DNA of 64,000 nt from a virus. This document shows, piece after piece, positions 60,190-64,000 of the stretch. The notes beneath the pieces are model-generated. The model had not been told where the DNA came from and did no database searches. It saw nothing but the letters and a program-made list of their open reading frames with translations. The DNA is taken from IMG/VR virus record IMGVR_UViG_3300024294_000597. One strand, 5' to 3'. The translations under genes and the position numbers were made by a program. The first letter of the stretch is position 1. Each line of letters starts with the position of its first letter.

Positions 60190-60288
60190 TTAAAAGAAAA
60201 AGTATATATTCAGTGAAATCATAACACCTGTTAGTGCTAGACCAAAGATAGTGCTTTTATTGAATTCTAGGCTATTTGGATGTCTCAT
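60190..60288 (-). CDS. Unlisted 32-aa single-pass membrane peptide
   Basis: GAGG ribosome site; MRHPNSLEFNKSTIFGLALTGVMISLNIYFFF*. Confidence 0.6.
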   Translation of the reverse strand: MRHPNSLEFNKSTIFGLALTGVMISLNIYFFF

Positions 60289-60296
60289 GTTACCTC

Positions 60297-60494
60297 TCAA
60301 TCTAAATCGCATTGCCAATACTTACCATCATACCAAGCACGAAGCCCGCCCAATGGATAATCCGTATGTTCAAAGAATATGTAAGGACGGCCCTTTGCAT
60401 CAATTTTCTGTTCTATGATACTGGCTTCTTCTAAAGGTATTAGACGTTCAGCACCAGTATCTTCGTAAACTGCACTATTAAAAATGCGTATCAT
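60297..60494 (-). CDS. Small early protein, paralog 1
   Basis: MIRIFNSA...PYIFFEHTDYPLG...WQCDLD. Confidence 0.7.
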   Translation of the reverse strand: MIRIFNSAVYEDTGAERLIPLEEASIIEQKIDAKGRPYIFFEHTDYPLGGLRAWYDGKYWQCDLD

Positions 60495-60495
60495 C

Positions 60496-60735
60496 TTACG
60501 CCGCCTCTCCGAAAAGTTTGCTCATGTTTGAAAATACTACATTATAAGCATTTGCTTCATACTCATAATTATCCCAGAAGTTATCATCATCATTGCCTGA
60601 TGCACAATGCTCTTCCCAAACACGGTTCATTGCGTTCATTCCTTCTAGTGCATCGCCACGACCAAAACTTTCGATTGTCTTCCAAGCATCTTCAAAACTT
60701 GGTGTTGCTTCATAAAAACTAGGGATTCTAAACAT
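60496..60735 (-). CDS. Small early hypothetical protein
   Basis: 79 aa behind a class G promoter. Confidence 0.7.
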   Translation of the reverse strand: MFRIPSFYEATPSFEDAWKTIESFGRGDALEGMNAMNRVWEEHCASGNDDDNFWDNYEYEANAYNVVFSNMSKLFGEAA

Positions 60736-60768
60736 ATTATTCTCTCTCTTTTGATTAACTATACTTAT

Positions 60769-60797
60769 AGTATACAGCGATTCGCTATTTTGTCAAG
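60769..60797 (-). promoter_or_regulatory. Class G promoter CTTGACA-N6-CGAATCG-N3-TATACT
   Basis: Directly readable. Confidence 0.8.
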
Positions 60798-60800
60798 TTT

Positions 60801-60989
60801 TTAGTCTAAATCACAAGACCAATGTTCGCCATTATATTCTGCCTTTAACGAACCCATGGGGTAATCGCTATGCTCAAATAAGATATAAGGAGAACTATAT
60901 ACTGGACAAATCTTTTGTGTCACTATGTTTACTTCATCTAGTGACAACCAACGTTCTCCGGGGATAGCTGAATTAAAAATACGAATCAT
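60801..60989 (-). CDS. Small early protein, paralog 2
   Basis: MIRIFNSA...PYILFEHSDYPMG...WSCDLD. Confidence 0.7.
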   Translation of the reverse strand: MIRIFNSAIPGERWLSLDEVNIVTQKICPVYSSPYILFEHSDYPMGSLKAEYNGEHWSCDLD

Positions 60990-61015
60990 TTGAACCTCTC
61001 TCTGATTACTTAATT

Positions 61016-61044
61016 AATATAGCACGATTCGTTAATTTGTCAAG
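61016..61044 (-). promoter_or_regulatory. Class G promoter CTTGACA-N6-CGAATCG-N3-TATATT
   Basis: Directly readable. Confidence 0.8.
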
Positions 61045-61045
61045 T

Positions 61046-61516
61046 TTAAACTAGACTTGTACGGGTATCGCCTTCAATTTTAAGGACGCATTCGCCTGTA
61101 CTAAGGTTATCGACATTACCAACAAACTTACCAATAAGATGTTCATATTCTGTTCCTTCCTGAAATCCACCAACTATATAGCCACGTTTCATATACCAAT
61201 CACCTTTGTCATTCTTACGAACAACATTATCAAGGTACAAAGTATCCCAACCTTTTGGGTCGTACTCTTTTTGTGATTGTACGTATTCTGATTCAAAGTT
61301 ATCTTCAACTTGATAACAATCAAAGAAGTTTTCTTCGTATGCTTCGTTTGAAGATGTAACTAAATCTATAACGGAAGAAGCCTCATCATAATTGCTGGCT
61401 TCAACAACATAGGTGCTACCACCTTTGTTCTTCCAATAAGAAGTAACACCATCCCAATCTGAATCATGGGCGGCATAGTTTTCACGGATAGCAGTTTCGA
61501 TAACAAATTTGTTCAT
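61046..61516 (-). CDS. Early hypothetical protein
   Basis: Start MNKF after AAGGAG; RENYAAH..W...YWKNKGG. Confidence 0.7.
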   Translation of the reverse strand: MNKFVIETAIRENYAAHDSDWDGVTSYWKNKGGSTYVVEASNYDEASSVIDLVTSSNEAYEENFFDCYQVEDNFESEYVQSQKEYDPKGWDTLYLDNVVRKNDKGDWYMKRGYIVGGFQEGTEYEHLIGKFVGNVDNLSTGECVLKIEGDTRTSLV

Positions 61517-61540
61517 AGCTTTCTCCTTCATTATGTATAT

Positions 61541-61569
61541 AATATATCATGATTCGGAGATATGTCAAG
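61541..61569 (-). promoter_or_regulatory. Class G promoter CTTGACA-N6-CGAATCA-N3-TATATT
   Basis: Directly readable; -35 contains the upstream stop codon. Confidence 0.8.
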
Positions 61570-62398
61570 TTTTTAATAGATGTTTTACTACTTCTTTTTG
61601 AAAATTCAACCCAGGATGAGCGCCAGTTACGATGCCTGGTGTGTATCCATGCACTAAAGTATGATGAAATTTAGCTATATCTAGTATATCATTGCCTAAA
61701 TCTAGTGATAATTCAGAGTTTTCTAAGTATCTTTTATGTCTGATACTGAATAAAAGTGAAGGATTAACTATTGAATATTTAATTTTATGTTTGTCTAAAA
61801 ATTCTTTTATAATAGTTTCTTCTTTTGGTATATCTTCATGTACTATTTCATTCCATTTCTTATCTATAATTTCTAGCAATGATTTATCTAAATCTTTAGT
61901 CATGGCTTCTTTAGTAGATGCATTTATATTGATATATTGCTCACCATCATATACAGAAAATCTAGGATGATGAAAGCCGAATATGTATATATGTTCAGGT
62001 TTATGCCTTGAATGTTCAACCCAGTTTTCAATTAGTCGCCATACCATATCAGCGCCTGAACCAGCAACACCAAAGTTCTTTGTTTTAAAATCTATTTGCT
62101 TTTCTAGTATATGAGGCCATGTATGATGAAGTGGTAATCCAATTCCCATTGTATGACTACACCCAAAACACCATACCTCGTTAGGTTGGTTTTCTAAATG
62201 ATAGTCTTCATTAGACCTAAAACCATAATTGTTTAGACGTATTTCTAGTGTTAGCAGGTCATTCCAAGTGTAGTCTTCATCGATATTGAAATGCTTATGG
62301 TATTTTTCAGGAAGTTGTTGTAGATTATTTAATTCTGGTATATCAGCTTTCGATATTTCAGGACCTAGGTGGCGTCCCATTAACAACTGGTCGTGCAT
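61565..62398 (-). CDS. SGNH hydrolase-like protein
   Basis: NNYGFR, FGCSHTMG, NFGVAGSG, HPG. Confidence 0.65.
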   Translation of the reverse strand: MHDQLLMGRHLGPEISKADIPELNNLQQLPEKYHKHFNIDEDYTWNDLLTLEIRLNNYGFRSNEDYHLENQPNEVWCFGCSHTMGIGLPLHHTWPHILEKQIDFKTKNFGVAGSGADMVWRLIENWVEHSRHKPEHIYIFGFHHPRFSVYDGEQYININASTKEAMTKDLDKSLLEIIDKKWNEIVHEDIPKEETIIKEFLDKHKIKYSIVNPSLLFSIRHKRYLENSELSLDLGNDILDIAKFHHTLVHGYTPGIVTGAHPGLNFQKEVVKHLLKT

Positions 62399-62973
62399 TA
62401 TGAATTGTTTGGGTTAAAAATATGTTTGAAGGCTTCGCTGTTCTTTGCTTCATTGACATTTTTTATTGAACCCATGTTGATTAGTACTGTATCTCTGTGA
62501 TATTCTCTAGTATTTTCATATGAATGAAAACTAGTGGTTGATGGAACAAACGACATTGCACGATTTTCTTTCCATTCTACTTGCCCAACAATTCTACTGA
62601 ACTCAGATGCGTCTTCATGAAATAGTGTTCCTTGATTGAATGCTCCAACATATAACACTGTAGACAATCTTTTCCATGGTGAATCGATATGATTTTTATA
62701 CTTAGCGAATGGTATTTGTCTGTTAGCCCATATGATATAATCATTTGGCGTCATTTCTCGGTCTGATGCATTCGGCACCTGCTCAAGTAATTTATTGCGT
62801 ATATTCTGTAATTCATTACCAAAGACATTTCTAACTTCATCTGCTTCTGGTAATGCCTGTAAGCCACCGTACATGTGTTGCATGTTTTCTTTAATTCTAT
62901 TATATAACTCTTGAGGTAAAAAGTTATCAATTATTACATAGGGGAACGGTTTCTCAAAATACTGAATATCCAT
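62398..62973 (-). CDS. Fe(II)/2OG oxygenase
   Basis: PFPYVIIDNFLP, HID, GT, SFHS, R. Confidence 0.75.
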   Translation of the reverse strand: MDIQYFEKPFPYVIIDNFLPQELYNRIKENMQHMYGGLQALPEADEVRNVFGNELQNIRNKLLEQVPNASDREMTPNDYIIWANRQIPFAKYKNHIDSPWKRLSTVLYVGAFNQGTLFHEDASEFSRIVGQVEWKENRAMSFVPSTTSFHSYENTREYHRDTVLINMGSIKNVNEAKNSEAFKHIFNPNNS

Positions 62974-63381
62974 TTAATCTATCCTGACTGCCTTTGCGTT
63001 TATTTCTTGCTTACCACCGTAATCTCTAACTGCGGCTTTGATGGCATCTTCTGCCAATACGCTACAGTGAATTTTTACTGGAGGCAACGCCAGTTCTTCA
63101 ACTATTGTTGTGTTCTTAATTTCTTGTGCTTCATCTAATGTCATACCTTTTAGCATTGTTGTTACCATGCTTGAACTAGCAATAGCACTGCCGCATCCGT
63201 ATGTTTTAAATTTTGCATCTTCTATAATTCCTTCATCGTTTACTTTTATTTGTAAACGCATAACATCACCACATGCAGGCGCACCTACCATGCCTGTTCC
63301 AATGTCAGGGTCTTTTGGATCAAATTTGCCTACGTTACGTGGATTATTATAATGGTCTAACACTTTGTCTGAATAAGCCAT
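62974..63381 (-). CDS. iscU: Fe-S cluster assembly scaffold
   Basis: YSDKVLDHYNNPRNVG, APACGDVM, GCGSAIASS, LPPVKIHCS. Confidence 0.97.
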   Translation of the reverse strand: MAYSDKVLDHYNNPRNVGKFDPKDPDIGTGMVGAPACGDVMRLQIKVNDEGIIEDAKFKTYGCGSAIASSSMVTTMLKGMTLDEAQEIKNTTIVEELALPPVKIHCSVLAEDAIKAAVRDYGGKQEINAKAVRID

Positions 63382-63411
63382 AATATTTCCTGTATGATTA
63401 TATAATAGTAT

Positions 63412-63951
63412 TTATGTTGTTTTACTAATAATTTTATCTCGTAATGACTCGAAACTTTCACTGTTGACTGACAGTCTAAAAAGTATTCTTGCTGAGTCAC
63501 CATTAGTAACACCATGTTTTTTAGAAACATTTATTAATGCTTGTGTATAATGATGTGTTGTATCGCTTTCTTGAAAACGTATCGGTGCTGGGTTATCACC
63601 TATCATAATGTTTATTGAGCATTGCATACCGTAATCACTATGAAATGGCAAAACAAAATTCGGTACCATATGATAGTACTTGAATTTTGCATCTGTTATT
63701 TCGAATAAGTCACAAATTTCCATACCGTAATCAAACTCTTTAACATTTAAGTCTGCTACTTTGAAGCCTTCATCATCGTAGTCTTCTACACCGAATGAAT
63801 TCATAATCTTTTTGAAGTATTCTTTATCTTTGCGCCACTCTGCAAACCTAGGGTCTGTATATGTTTCAACTGTATGTTTATACTTTTCCCATCCAGCCCA
63901 TAGTTTATCCTTGTCAAAGTTATAGTTTATGTGATGTATATCATTTTGCAT
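63412..63951 (-). CDS. Cupin / Fe(II)-2OG oxygenase-like protein
   Basis: LPFHSD, HGVTN, RILF. Confidence 0.6.
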   Translation of the reverse strand: MQNDIHHINYNFDKDKLWAGWEKYKHTVETYTDPRFAEWRKDKEYFKKIMNSFGVEDYDDEGFKVADLNVKEFDYGMEICDLFEITDAKFKYYHMVPNFVLPFHSDYGMQCSINIMIGDNPAPIRFQESDTTHHYTQALINVSKKHGVTNGDSARILFRLSVNSESFESLRDKIISKTT

Positions 63952-63970
63952 TTTCTATCCTTTGCAAACT

Positions 63971-64000
63971 TGGCTCCCGAAGCTGGACTCGAACCAGCGA
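63971..64000 (-). tRNA. 3' part of a tRNA with encoded CCA, probably tRNA-Asn (truncated by window end)
   Basis: Minus strand reads TCGCTGGTTCGAGTCCAGCTTCGGGAGCCA: T-arm, acceptor 3' strand, G discriminator, CCA; anticodon is not in the window. Confidence 0.8.

Noticed and set aside
60769-61569. CRISPR array or attC-type repeats
   Set aside because: The repeated elements are promoter-shaped, separated by whole genes, and not identical direct repeats with uniform spacers.
3679-63352. Numerous 60-150 aa ORFs antisense to or nested in long genes
   Set aside because: They are shadows of real genes: no ribosome sites, atypical composition, no motifs.
1-64000. Stop-codon reassignment as seen in some jumbo phages
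   Set aside because: Standard-code ORFs tile the window almost completely, and TAA, TAG and TGA all end recognisable genes.
1-64000. Bacterial chromosome origin (metK, fabF, iscU, apt present)
   Set aside because: T4-like polB, clamp, RNase H, late promoters and the gene mixture indicate a phage with auxiliary metabolic genes.

Overview
This is an AT-rich, densely coding 64-kb segment of a large (jumbo, T4-distant) tailed dsDNA phage genome read in the standard genetic code. The host is probably an alphaproteobacterium, inferred from GANTC/GcrA-type promoter motifs and BacA-, GapR- and CCA-type genes. Positions 1-18.3 kb (+ strand) hold a tightly coupled modification operon: a repeat glycosyltransferase-like protein, 2 methyltransferases, 7 radical SAM enzymes, 2 Fe(II)/2OG oxygenases and a PLP enzyme. 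Positions 18.3-64 kb (- strand) hold thyA/endonuclease VII/DHFR, a MoxR-vWA pair split by a six-gene lipid/halogenase cluster (acyl ligase, flavin halogenase, 2 desaturases, GNAT, FabF), and HtrA, SbmA/BacA, PMM, RNase H and MetK. They continue with a 7-deazaguanine module (folE, queE, queD-like, dpdA/tgt-like, glycosyltransferase, apt) beside the sliding clamp and DNA polymerase B. Next comes a block of late genes sharing an M-[RK]-L-x-[EDQ] N-terminus, including a 1247-aa ParB-HD-ParB-GNAT-CCA-HAD multi-enzyme, then small early genes, iscU and the 3' end of a tRNA. Three promoter classes are visible: 17-bp-spacer sigma70; 16-bp-spacer sigma70 carrying a positionally fixed YGATTCG (CcrM/GcrA-type) site; and T4-like late ATAAATA. 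All product calls come from motif recognition by eye; no searches were run.
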